A stretch of 64,000 nucleotides of DNA. It comes from Candidatus Woesearchaeota archaeon (GTDB lineage Archaea; Nanobdellota; Nanobdellia; Woesearchaeales; UBA583). The stretch is taken from NCBI GenBank assembly GCA_965205335.1, contig OZ242164.1, positions 640,001-704,000 on the forward strand, given 5' to 3'. Under the pieces are notes generated by a model. It was not told the origin of the DNA. It did not search any database and was given only the letters and a program-made list of their open reading frames with translations. Position numbers and translations under genes: made by a program. Below are positions 1 through 9,030 of the stretch, one piece after another (the first letter of the stretch is position 1; every line of letters begins with the position of its first letter).

Positions 1-807
1 CTTACAGAATACACACATAAAAATTGTTATCCTCACAAATCAAATAAGATATTAAATTGTTACCCATATACTAAGGATAAAAATAAAACTTGGATAGAAG
101 AGACATTCAGTAATGAACAGAGGGAGATTTGGTTTTCTGAGAACAAAAGAGTGATTACTATTCAAAATTATCAGAATAATAGTTCAACCAACACTTCTGA
201 GAGGATTTCACACCACTTAAATGATGCCAACTCCATACTTGAAAAATTAGGGTTTGATACATGCACTGATGCAGGAAACCTTATCAATTATTTTAATTCT
301 ATTGTTAAAAAGAAAGAAAGTGAGATACATGGAAATTTGTTTAATGATTTGAAATTGCAAGTTAATTCAATTTTGAAATTGGTGAGAGATAGAAAAGCCG
401 TAAAGATTGATGAAATTACAATATACAGAGAACTCAATCCCCTTCGTGTTTTAATGATGGGAAATTGGGTGGTTGGCTCTTGTCTTAGTTATTACAGCAA
501 CGCTAAAAATTACTGGTCCTGTTTTACAAATGCCCTTGAAGCAAATAAGGCAGTTTTCTATATAGAATCAGAAAATAGGATTATTGGAAGAGTTTTAGTT
601 GCAATTGATAATCACAAGAATATAGTTAGATTTCCCCTGTACTATAGTGGAAATATCATAGTTGATTTAAATCCTTATTTTGATGCATATATTACAGATT
701 TGGCGAAAAAGTGTAGCTTGGGAATTAATGGAAACGTGAGCAATGTCAAATTGTTGTTTTGTGATGAATGGTACTCAGACCTAGAAAGACAAATATATAA
801 TCTTTGA
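1..807 (+). CDS. Hypothetical protein, 3' part (frame open from position 1)
   Basis: No stop in frame 1 from 1 to 151, so the gene starts upstream of the window; contains 'MGNWVVGSCLS...NALEANKAVFYI...IIGRVLV'. Confidence 0.6.
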   Translation, partial: LTEYTHKNCYPHKSNKILNCYPYTKDKNKTWIEETFSNEQREIWFSENKRVITIQNYQNNSSTNTSERISHHLNDANSILEKLGFDTCTDAGNLINYFNSIVKKKESEIHGNLFNDLKLQVNSILKLVRDRKAVKIDEITIYRELNPLRVLMMGNWVVGSCLSYYSNAKNYWSCFTNALEANKAVFYIESENRIIGRVLVAIDNHKNIVRFPLYYSGNIIVDLNPYFDAYITDLAKKCSLGINGNVSNVKLLFCDEWYSDLERQIYNL

Positions 808-935
808 AAATTTGGTAGTGTTCAAAAATTTAATTTACAAATCCTTCAATTATATAAATAACAAAATTACACTTAAAAAAGAACTTTTTAACAAGAAATA
901 AATCCCCTTAAATCACTAAACACCCTAACTTTTTC

Positions 936-2858
936 CTACATTAACTTCTTTAATATTTGAGAAACCAATCTCCCATCAACTGTTCCATTAAATGCCTGCA
1001 TACATTTTCCCATAAGAGCTCCAAAAGGTGCTCCTTTATTATCATCAACTATCTTCCTAATCTTCTCCTCAACTTCTTTCACATCAACACTCTTAACTAA
1101 CAAATCTTTCTTTTCCAAATACTCCTTTAAATTATCAACCTCTGACTTCTTATCCTTATACAAACTTAAAAAAATATCCCTTACTGCCTTTTGATTTAGA
1201 TTATTATCTCTTACTTCCTTTAACAAATCCAAAAGAAGTTCATACTTAAAATCCACAGGCTCAACTCCATCCCTCTTCCTAATATCCTTTGGAATATCAA
1301 ACAAAATTGAATAAAGTGCAGATGCAGACTTCTCTGAAACCTTTAACAACTTATCTACTTCACTCTCAGAATACCTATCAAGAACCTGTGCAACTTTCGA
1401 ACACTCTAAATTCCAATCGTTCTCAATCCTCTTTAACCTCTCACTATACAACTGAGGAACTTCCACACTACTAAGAATATCTGAACTTAACTCAACCTCA
1501 ACAATATCTGTTTCTGGATACATTCTGGCAGCGCCAGGCATAGGTCTTAAAAAATTAGTCACTGTTCCCTTTGAATCCACCCACCTTACCTCACTTGGAA
1601 CTTCCGATATAAGTTCACATATAACTCTCAAAACATTTCTAATACTTTCCTTTGCCAAATCAGAATCATTACTTGCAATCAAAATAAAAGAATCCTTCCC
1701 CTTAATCCCTAGCAATTTTCCAACCTCATTAACTTCTCTTTGCCCAATTCCATAATTAGGCAATTCATCCAAATGAAAAAGCCCTTTAATCTGAGGAAAA
1801 TGCTTCTTATTCCTATCTGAGATTTCCGTTGCGAACCTATAATTCTTTTGCATTTCATGTTTTAAAATACCCCTAAAACCAAACAACTTAATCGCAAAAA
1901 CCTTTGAACCATTTTCCCTTAAATTCTCCCTAATAACCTTAGATTTGCTCTTATCAAAAACTCCTGTTACATCATATATCTTCTTATCTGAAAAATTATG
2001 AGAATTAATTCCTCTATCTCTTAACTCATCAATTATTGAAAGATGAATTTTCTGTCTTCGGACCTCATCACTAATTATATCAGGAATTAACTTCAAGTTC
2101 TGTGCTCCCTTAATCTCAACCCTTGCACCTCCCTTTATTGAAACATTCAAATCCTGCCTTATGGTTCCAAGCCCTCTCTTTACTCTATCAAACGACCTTA
2201 AAACATCCCCAATATGTTTAGCCGCCTCAAAAGCCTGACTTGGGCTATAAATCTGTGGTGCTGTTGTTATCTCAATAAGAGGAATTCCCTGCCTGTCCAG
2301 TGAAAACACACTATGGGCTTCATCTCTCTCAATCACCCTGCATGAATCCTCCTCCAAACTAATTGCATCTATTCCAACACTTCCATCTTTCGTTTCAAAC
2401 TCTCCACCCAATCCAAGAAGTGCTGTTCTCTGAAAACCCGAAGTCACACTCCCATCAACAATTAACTTTCTCATAAAAACAAGTTTATCAAAAAACTTAA
2501 GATTAAACATCTTTGAAACTCCTATTGCAGTTTTCAATGCGCCACAATTAGGACCTTTTGGTGGCTCTTCATCCAAATCAACCAGACATGCATTTACATC
2601 ATTATACTTGTACAAATTATATTTCCCTTTCTTAAACTCCTCAAGAGCCGCCTTATCAACTCCTCCCAACTCTCCCAAAGAAAACCTTAAATTTCTTAAA
2701 ACTTCCTTATCTAATTTCTCATTTGAAACTATTTGCGAAGGGCATTTGCAAAACAATTTCCCAGTATCTAACTGTTGGTGAATTTCAAGCCCGCAAATCA
2801 AACCAAGTTTCTTATAATCCAATTTACTAAGAGTATCCCTTGAAATTAATTTACTCAT
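936..2858 (-). CDS. gatE: Glu-tRNA(Gln) amidotransferase subunit E
   Basis: GLEIHQQL, DGSVTSGFQRT, LDRQGIPLIEI, RGLGTIRQDLNVSI, RPMPGAARMYPETD. Confidence 0.97.
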   Translation of the reverse strand: MSKLISRDTLSKLDYKKLGLICGLEIHQQLDTGKLFCKCPSQIVSNEKLDKEVLRNLRFSLGELGGVDKAALEEFKKGKYNLYKYNDVNACLVDLDEEPPKGPNCGALKTAIGVSKMFNLKFFDKLVFMRKLIVDGSVTSGFQRTALLGLGGEFETKDGSVGIDAISLEEDSCRVIERDEAHSVFSLDRQGIPLIEITTAPQIYSPSQAFEAAKHIGDVLRSFDRVKRGLGTIRQDLNVSIKGGARVEIKGAQNLKLIPDIISDEVRRQKIHLSIIDELRDRGINSHNFSDKKIYDVTGVFDKSKSKVIRENLRENGSKVFAIKLFGFRGILKHEMQKNYRFATEISDRNKKHFPQIKGLFHLDELPNYGIGQREVNEVGKLLGIKGKDSFILIASNDSDLAKESIRNVLRVICELISEVPSEVRWVDSKGTVTNFLRPMPGAARMYPETDIVEVELSSDILSSVEVPQLYSERLKRIENDWNLECSKVAQVLDRYSESEVDKLLKVSEKSASALYSILFDIPKDIRKRDGVEPVDFKYELLLDLLKEVRDNNLNQKAVRDIFLSLYKDKKSEVDNLKEYLEKKDLLVKSVDVKEVEEKIRKIVDDNKGAPFGALMGKCMQAFNGTVDGRLVSQILKKLM

Positions 2859-3041
2859 AAAATAACTCAGAGAAGATTGTTTTTAAATATTTGTCATACA
2901 CAATATCCAAAATATCCTTAACAAAACGCAATATTGAGACTTAAATTTAAGAAGACTACTTGCAAAAAAGATAGCAGAAATGAGAAAGTAAAAAAATTTA
3001 TAAATTACTCTCCCTCATCTTATATTATAATTTTGTGAAGG

Positions 3042-3596
3042 ATGAAAATAATAATGCTACTTCTACTATTAATTATTCTATCTGGTTGTAGTACAGAAAA
3101 TAATGATTACAATAAGTTCATATATGATGAAAATTATTATAACAAAAATATCAATATTAATGGAGAAGTAAAATTATATAAAGATGAATTTTATTACATA
3201 GGAGATAAAAATAATGTTAAAATTAAGTTAATTGAATGCTCCGACAAATATAATTTAATCTTGGGTGAACATATAGAGATAAATGGATACTTATTAAAAG
3301 AAGGGAATAAAATTAGTTTCGCCTGCAAATCATATAGGAGTTCAATTCAAGACTTAACTTCCGAAGTAGATAAATTAAACTATCAAATGATTAAGATAAA
3401 AGAAGAATTAGAAAGAACTATAGCCTCAAAACAAAATGAAGTAAACTCAATAGAACAAGAATTAGAAAGAATTAAGACCTCAAAATAAAATAAAATAAAT
3501 TCATTAGATAGTCAAATTTCAACTAAAAAAGAAGAATTAAATAGATTAACTTTTAAAAAATTTGCAATCAAAAAAACAACAAGTTTAGGAACATAA
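3042..3596 (+). pseudogene. Lipoprotein with coiled-coil tail; probable premature stop at 3486-3488
   Basis: Lipobox LSGC; frame stays open after TAA to 3596 and continues the repeat (SKQNEVNSIE vs SK*NKINSLD). Confidence 0.55.
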
Positions 3597-3618
3597 TAAC
3601 TTCTTATATTCCTGCTCT

Positions 3619-3933
3619 TTAAATCAATTTAATTTCCAAGTTGAGACCACTTGGAATATGAACTTTCATAATAAGCCTTAAAACTCTTTCATTAATTTCC
3701 ACATCAATAAGCCTCTTATGAATTCTCATCTGGTATCTCTCAAATGATGCCTTTCCCTCTCCGTCAGGAGACTTTCTGGTTGTTACTTTAAACTTCTTAG
3801 TTGGCATGGGAATAGGACCTCTAAGACTAACTCCCAATTTATCAGAAATATTTATAACCTCTTCAACAAACTCATTAACCTTCCTAATATCATCACAAAC
3901 CAACTTAATCCTAGCTTTACTCATTTTCACCAA
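3619..3933 (-). CDS. rps10: 30S ribosomal protein S10 (uS10)
   Basis: GPIPMPT, RKSPDGEG, MRIHKRLID; directly downstream of EF-1a. Confidence 0.97.
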   Translation of the reverse strand: MVKMSKARIKLVCDDIRKVNEFVEEVINISDKLGVSLRGPIPMPTKKFKVTTRKSPDGEGKASFERYQMRIHKRLIDVEINERVLRLIMKVHIPSGLNLEIKLI

Positions 3934-3936
3934 ATA

Positions 3937-5205
3937 TTAAAACTTAAGTTCCTTCTTAACCACTTCAGTACATTGGCCAGCAGCAACAGTTTTACCCGAA
4001 TCTCTGATAGCAAATCTTGCCAAGTGAGGAATTGAATCCTTAGTCTCAGCAACTACTGCTTTCAAAGGCGAGAACTTAACAATTGCGGCATCCCCACTTC
4101 TAATGAAATCAGGATTCTCCGCCATATCACCATTAACCTTCTTAACAATCTGTGTAACCCTGCAAGAAACCTGAGCAGTATGAATATGAAACACAGGGGA
4201 ATAACCAACAGTAATAACACTTGGATGATTTAATACAAAAATCTGTCCTGTAAACTCACTGGCTAATGTTGGAGGATTGTCAACAGGACCTAAAACATCC
4301 CCTCTTGCAATATCCCCTTTCTCATAACCCTTAACAGAGAAACCAACATTAAAACCAGGTAGAGCCTCAGGTATTTTCTCATGATGCATTTCAATATCCT
4401 TAACCTCACCTGCCATACCTGTTCCAGTTTTTGCAGGAACAACCACACACTTTGTATTTGACTTCATAACACCAGTTTCAACTCTGCCAACAGGCACAAC
4501 ACCAATTCCTTTAATTGTATAAACATCCTGAATAGGAACTCTTAAGGGTAATTCTGTTGGCTTTTCAGCAATTTCAAAACCATCAAGTAACTCCAAAAGT
4601 GACCCATCTTTCCACCATGACATCTTATCTGATGCATTAACAACATTATCTCCTGATAATGATGCAATTGGAACAAACCTAACAGACTTAAAACCTAAAC
4701 CTCCAAGCAGAGTTTCAACTTCCTTTCTAACTTCTTCAAATCTGGCTTGGGAGTAATCCTTCATATCCATTTTATTAACTGCAACAATTAACTGATCAAT
4801 ACCAAATGTCTTAGACAAATAAGCATGCTCTTTTGTTTGTTCATTAACACCATCAGTTGCCGCAACAACCAAAACAGCAGCATCTGCTTGAGATACACCT
4901 GTAATCATATTCTTAATAAAATCAGAGTGGCCGGGAGCATCAATAATTGTGAAATCATACTTATCTGATTCAAACTTCTTATGCGAAAGATCAATAGTAA
5001 CTCCTCTCTCTCTCTCTTCCTTTAAAGTATCCATTGTATACGCGAACTCAAATCCAACCTTACCATTAGCGGCTGCCTCTTCTCTTAACTTTCTCATAGT
5101 TTGCTCATCAATACCACCAGCATCGAAAAGTAACCTTCCTACTGTAGTCGATTTACCATGGTCTACATGACCAATAAATACTACATTAAAATGTTCTTTT
5201 ACCAT
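3937..5205 (-). CDS. tuf: Translation elongation factor aEF-1 alpha
   Basis: [36 protein letters not shown]. Confidence 0.98.
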   Translation of the reverse strand: MVKEHFNVVFIGHVDHGKSTTVGRLLFDAGGIDEQTMRKLREEAAANGKVGFEFAYTMDTLKEERERGVTIDLSHKKFESDKYDFTIIDAPGHSDFIKNMITGVSQADAAVLVVAATDGVNEQTKEHAYLSKTFGIDQLIVAVNKMDMKDYSQARFEEVRKEVETLLGGLGFKSVRFVPIASLSGDNVVNASDKMSWWKDGSLLELLDGFEIAEKPTELPLRVPIQDVYTIKGIGVVPVGRVETGVMKSNTKCVVVPAKTGTGMAGEVKDIEMHHEKIPEALPGFNVGFSVKGYEKGDIARGDVLGPVDNPPTLASEFTGQIFVLNHPSVITVGYSPVFHIHTAQVSCRVTQIVKKVNGDMAENPDFIRSGDAAIVKFSPLKAVVAETKDSIPHLARFAIRDSGKTVAAGQCTEVVKKELKF

Positions 5206-5507
5206 TTTTAAATTTCAATCTCATATTACCAGAGAGATACTCTGTACACATAAAAAGTAACTATAAAGGTTTTATAAACGTTTCCATATACTAAACTCCT
5301 GAGCCAAAGACATCAAGAATATCTTTTTACACTTAAAAATTAACTCAGAATTATTTCTTATATAACAAACACAACAAAACAGAACATAAGAAAAAATAAC
5401 ACATTACCTGTCACTATTCAAACTCTTAAAAAGTACATTTACAAAAACTAAATCTAAAAAAAACCAACACCAACTTAATTAATCCAAACAACTCATTATC
5501 ATTTCAT

Positions 5508-7700
5508 TCAAAGACCAGCAAGAACCCTTGAGCCAACAAGAGTAAACAAAGAAACTCCCAGAGCTACAATAATTGCATACTTAGTCATTCCCTTAATCAA
5601 CTTATCTCCAATACTATGCTTAACTAAAACAATATCCTCACCCTCCTCCAAACTAACAACCATGTAGACAAGAATTGCAATAAGTATTACAATATAAAGT
5701 CCTACAACACTCTGAAACAAATAAGTTGGAATACTCTCTCCTAAAAAAGTTGAAATCTCTCCTGAACTCTGCGAAGACGCAGAAAGTTCAGAAGTCTTAT
5801 CCGATAAAATTCCCATAATCATTGTAACAAGTGAAACAATTGAAATAACAACACCTGATATCAAAGGTGCTAAAAAACTTGCCTGCCCCTTCATTGAACC
5901 GATAGGTTCTGCAAGCAAATCCTTTAACCTCTCATTACTCATATGAATCTCAGATAAATACCGAGACAAATCAATTAAAGTCTTTGCCGCAATTTGGGGA
6001 CCCTTTTCATTTGCCTTGATAAAGATCTTCATTGAAGAAATAATAAGTTCAGACGGATAAATATTAATTGCTCCTTTTTGCGAGTCAAAAATTGCCTGTT
6101 CAACACTCAAACCATTAAACTTGATATTTGTATCAATCTCAGAAAAAAAAACACCTGTCTCTGTACCTTTCATAGTATCCGCTACTGCTCCAAAAGCAAG
6201 TTCAGCTGAAATCCCCTCATTAACCCTACTCCCCAACTGAAATGTTGCTGATGCAAACTCAATCTCAAGTTTCTTAGTCTTATCACGAATATGAATGAGA
6301 TTTCTATACTTTCCCCTCAAATAATATCCTATTCCAAACGCAAAAGAAAGAGGAATAAACAAACTCAAAAGCCCTGGATACACACCATATGGACCATAAA
6401 TATAATCCCCATTAATATCCTTATAAGCCTGAAAAGTTCCAAATGGACTATTAGTATTGCCAAACACACTTCCAACAAAACTATTTACCTGTGCATCTAA
6501 ACCAACCCCATGAATAATTAAAGGAATCAAACCAATAAAAAAGAACAATAAAAAAATAACTATGGCCGGAATCTTTGGCGAAACATAAATCTTTTTATTC
6601 TTCGAAATCTTAATAGGAATCTGAGTTAACTCCTTTAAATTTAGTTTACTGGGCATCTTAACAGAATTAACTCCTGCTGGCCTGTTAAAAATAATTACAA
6701 GTGCAAAATACATAACAGCAACAGGAATAATTATATTATACAACAAAAACACAAATTCCCATGTAGATTTAGGGTCACCAAATGACGCTGCAAGAGGTAA
6801 AATAATCAAACCTAAAATAGGCAAAACAACCCCTATCATATTAAACGCTCCAACACGTCCTCTCAAGTCCTGAGCAAAATGAAGCATTTTCTCATACGAA
6901 CCTCTAAGTATCGTATCAAGAGACTTGTCAAGAAGAGAAATCCTTCTAAAATCCTCAGACTCAAAAAGAGAACTCTCAATCAAATAAATTGCTTCTAAGA
7001 ACTCAAGATTTTCATCTCTCCAATCCTCAAGATATTTATCATATGCAACCTTAATATTTGGATACTTTGCGTTCTCAAGATCCCATAAAATTCTCTTAAA
7101 ATCCAAAGACAAAGGACCACTTAGATAATTTGCTGCAAACTGGGTTGCAAGCTCTAAATTTGAATTAAACCTCATAAAAGCCACAATATAGAAAACTGCT
7201 ATAATGACCTCATCATTTGCTTTCGCCCTAAATCTCTTCTTTAAAAGGGCAGGAATTCCCTGAATAATAAAATAAGTTGCAAGCCCGATTAAAACAATAC
7301 CCACACCAATTGTTCTAATCCCTAAGATAAACAAACCCAACCCAAACATTATTACAAGCACAGATGAAAGCATTGCAAACGACATAACCCCACTTGGAGT
7401 ACAGTTCACATGGGCAGCAAACAAAAGTTCATTTAACCTCCTTTCAGTCTTATCATCAGCTTTAAGATTAACAACTTTTTGCGAAAAATTACATGCCCTC
7501 TCAAAATAATTCATAGACTTGGGAAGAGATTCAAGTCTGAATTTAATATAATCAATTGAACCCATATCATCATAAAAAGAACCTGATAATTCCTTTAAGT
7601 TTTTATCATCCAAACGTTTTTTCAACTTCTCTTCAAAACGTCTCAAGAAAATCTCTTTATCATCCATATCTTTTTTGTCCATAGAATAAGAATCCCTCAC
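5508..7700 (-). CDS. Type II secretion/type IV pilus platform membrane protein (TadC/FlaJ-like, two T2SS-F domains)
   Basis: Multiple TM segments alternating with helical cytoplasmic domains (e.g. 'NLELATQFAANYLSGPLSLDFKRILWD'). Confidence 0.7.
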   Translation of the reverse strand: MRDSYSMDKKDMDDKEIFLRRFEEKLKKRLDDKNLKELSGSFYDDMGSIDYIKFRLESLPKSMNYFERACNFSQKVVNLKADDKTERRLNELLFAAHVNCTPSGVMSFAMLSSVLVIMFGLGLFILGIRTIGVGIVLIGLATYFIIQGIPALLKKRFRAKANDEVIIAVFYIVAFMRFNSNLELATQFAANYLSGPLSLDFKRILWDLENAKYPNIKVAYDKYLEDWRDENLEFLEAIYLIESSLFESEDFRRISLLDKSLDTILRGSYEKMLHFAQDLRGRVGAFNMIGVVLPILGLIILPLAASFGDPKSTWEFVFLLYNIIIPVAVMYFALVIIFNRPAGVNSVKMPSKLNLKELTQIPIKISKNKKIYVSPKIPAIVIFLLFFFIGLIPLIIHGVGLDAQVNSFVGSVFGNTNSPFGTFQAYKDINGDYIYGPYGVYPGLLSLFIPLSFAFGIGYYLRGKYRNLIHIRDKTKKLEIEFASATFQLGSRVNEGISAELAFGAVADTMKGTETGVFFSEIDTNIKFNGLSVEQAIFDSQKGAINIYPSELIISSMKIFIKANEKGPQIAAKTLIDLSRYLSEIHMSNERLKDLLAEPIGSMKGQASFLAPLISGVVISIVSLVTMIMGILSDKTSELSASSQSSGEISTFLGESIPTYLFQSVVGLYIVILIAILVYMVVSLEEGEDIVLVKHSIGDKLIKGMTKYAIIVALGVSLFTLVGSRVLAGL

Positions 7701-7909
7701 ATCCTAAGATTATAAAATTATCATACTATTTAATAGCAGTAATACAAACTCGCAAAAACCCTCATTTCTAAACCTCTATCACAACTTCCACCCCTATTTT
7801 ATATCTAATATTTCTATCCCACCTAAATATTCATACAATTTTCAACCGCATAATCACCCTAATTAATTCAAAGGATTAACTTTATATATTCTAATAATTA
7901 CAATCATAT

Positions 7910-8236
7910 ATGGAAGAATTATCAAAAAAGAAATGTGTTCCATGTGAAGGTGGCGTAGAGCCATTAGACAAAGATAGAATTAACCAACTTAGAAAACAAA
8001 TCAAGAATTGGGAAGTATATAAGAATCATCATATATTCAAAAAATTTAAATTTGCAGATTTCAATTCCGCTCTTGATTTCATAAACAAGATAGCACCAAT
8101 TTGCGATAAGGAAAACCACCATCCAAACATAGAATTCTCTTGGGGTTATGTTATAATTACAATTTACACTCATGCCATAGACGGATTATCAGAGAATGAT
8201 TTTATATTAGCAAGTAAAATAGATAAAATTTCATAG
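7910..8236 (+). CDS. Pterin-4-alpha-carbinolamine dehydratase
   Basis: CVPCEGG N-terminus, HHP motif, YTHAIDGLSENDFILASKID. Confidence 0.93.
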   Translation: MEELSKKKCVPCEGGVEPLDKDRINQLRKQIKNWEVYKNHHIFKKFKFADFNSALDFINKIAPICDKENHHPNIEFSWGYVIITIYTHAIDGLSENDFILASKIDKIS

Positions 8237-8424
8237 AAAAGATTACATTTTCATATCTACAAAAAATCATTGCCTAAAAAACTATCTATTAATATGAATT
8301 AGTACCATCTATAATGAGTTAGATGATATACAAGAATATAGAGGATAATGAAATTTTATCGTGTATTTCAATAATAAGAGATTTTAGTTCTAATAAGACA
8401 ATTGAGATAAGATTGGCTCTGTGA

Positions 8425-8856
8425 TTATTTTAACAGAAAATCCCCTTTCTCATATTCATTGTGTACTTTTTTCAAACAGTCAATAATGTAATCAATTTCT
8501 TGTTTTGTGTTGTAAAAACTTAGGCTTATTCTTGAAGTTCTACTAACTCCTAAGAGTTTTGCAAGGGGCATGGCGCAATGATGTCCTCCTCTGATTGCTA
8601 TGCCAAATTTGTTTAAGGTAGCACAAACATCGTGGGAGTGAATTCCTTTAATTTCAAAAGAGAAAATGGGAAATCGGTTTTTAGAAGATTTAGAACCATA
8701 GAGAGTTAATCCTTCAACTTCGTTAATCCTTTTAAGAAAATGTTTGGTTAAAATTTTCTCATATTTCTCAATGTCAGATAGTCCGATTTTGTTTAGGTAA
8801 TCAATTGCGGATCTAAGTCCAATAACTCCGCAAATGTTATGTGTTCCTGCTTCTAA
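8425..8856 (-). pseudogene. sufS: Cysteine desulfurase (SufS-type), C-terminal third only
   Basis: EAGT.N, HSHDV, RGGHHCAMPL, RISLSFYNT present; PLP-lysine region and N-terminus absent. Confidence 0.85.
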
Positions 8857-8860
8857 AATC

Positions 8861-9030
8861 TTAGTAATAGCACGTAACAATACTAGTTCCATCATCATTA
8901 GAGCATTCCCAAGAAAAACCAGAAACTGCATTACCAGTTGGTGTTCCTGATGCACAGGCGCCTACAGACCAACCACAAGCTGGAGGTGGACATGAATTAC
9001 ATTCTACACTAGCATATGATGGGCAACACA
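8861..9030 (-). pseudogene. Out-of-frame orphan Cys-rich C-terminal module
   Basis: Shifted frame reads CCPSYASVECNSCPPPACGWSVGACASGTPTGNAVSGFSWECSNDDGTSIVTCYY*, similar to the last module of the upstream Cys-rich gene. Confidence 0.65.

Noticed and set aside
814-831. TIR-like GGTAGTGTTCAAAAATTT
   Set aside because: No matching right end or TSD found
8414-8424. GGCTCTGT resembling a MITE end
   Set aside because: No partner TIR or TSD found; reads as the end of a decayed plus-strand frame (…IEIRLAL*)
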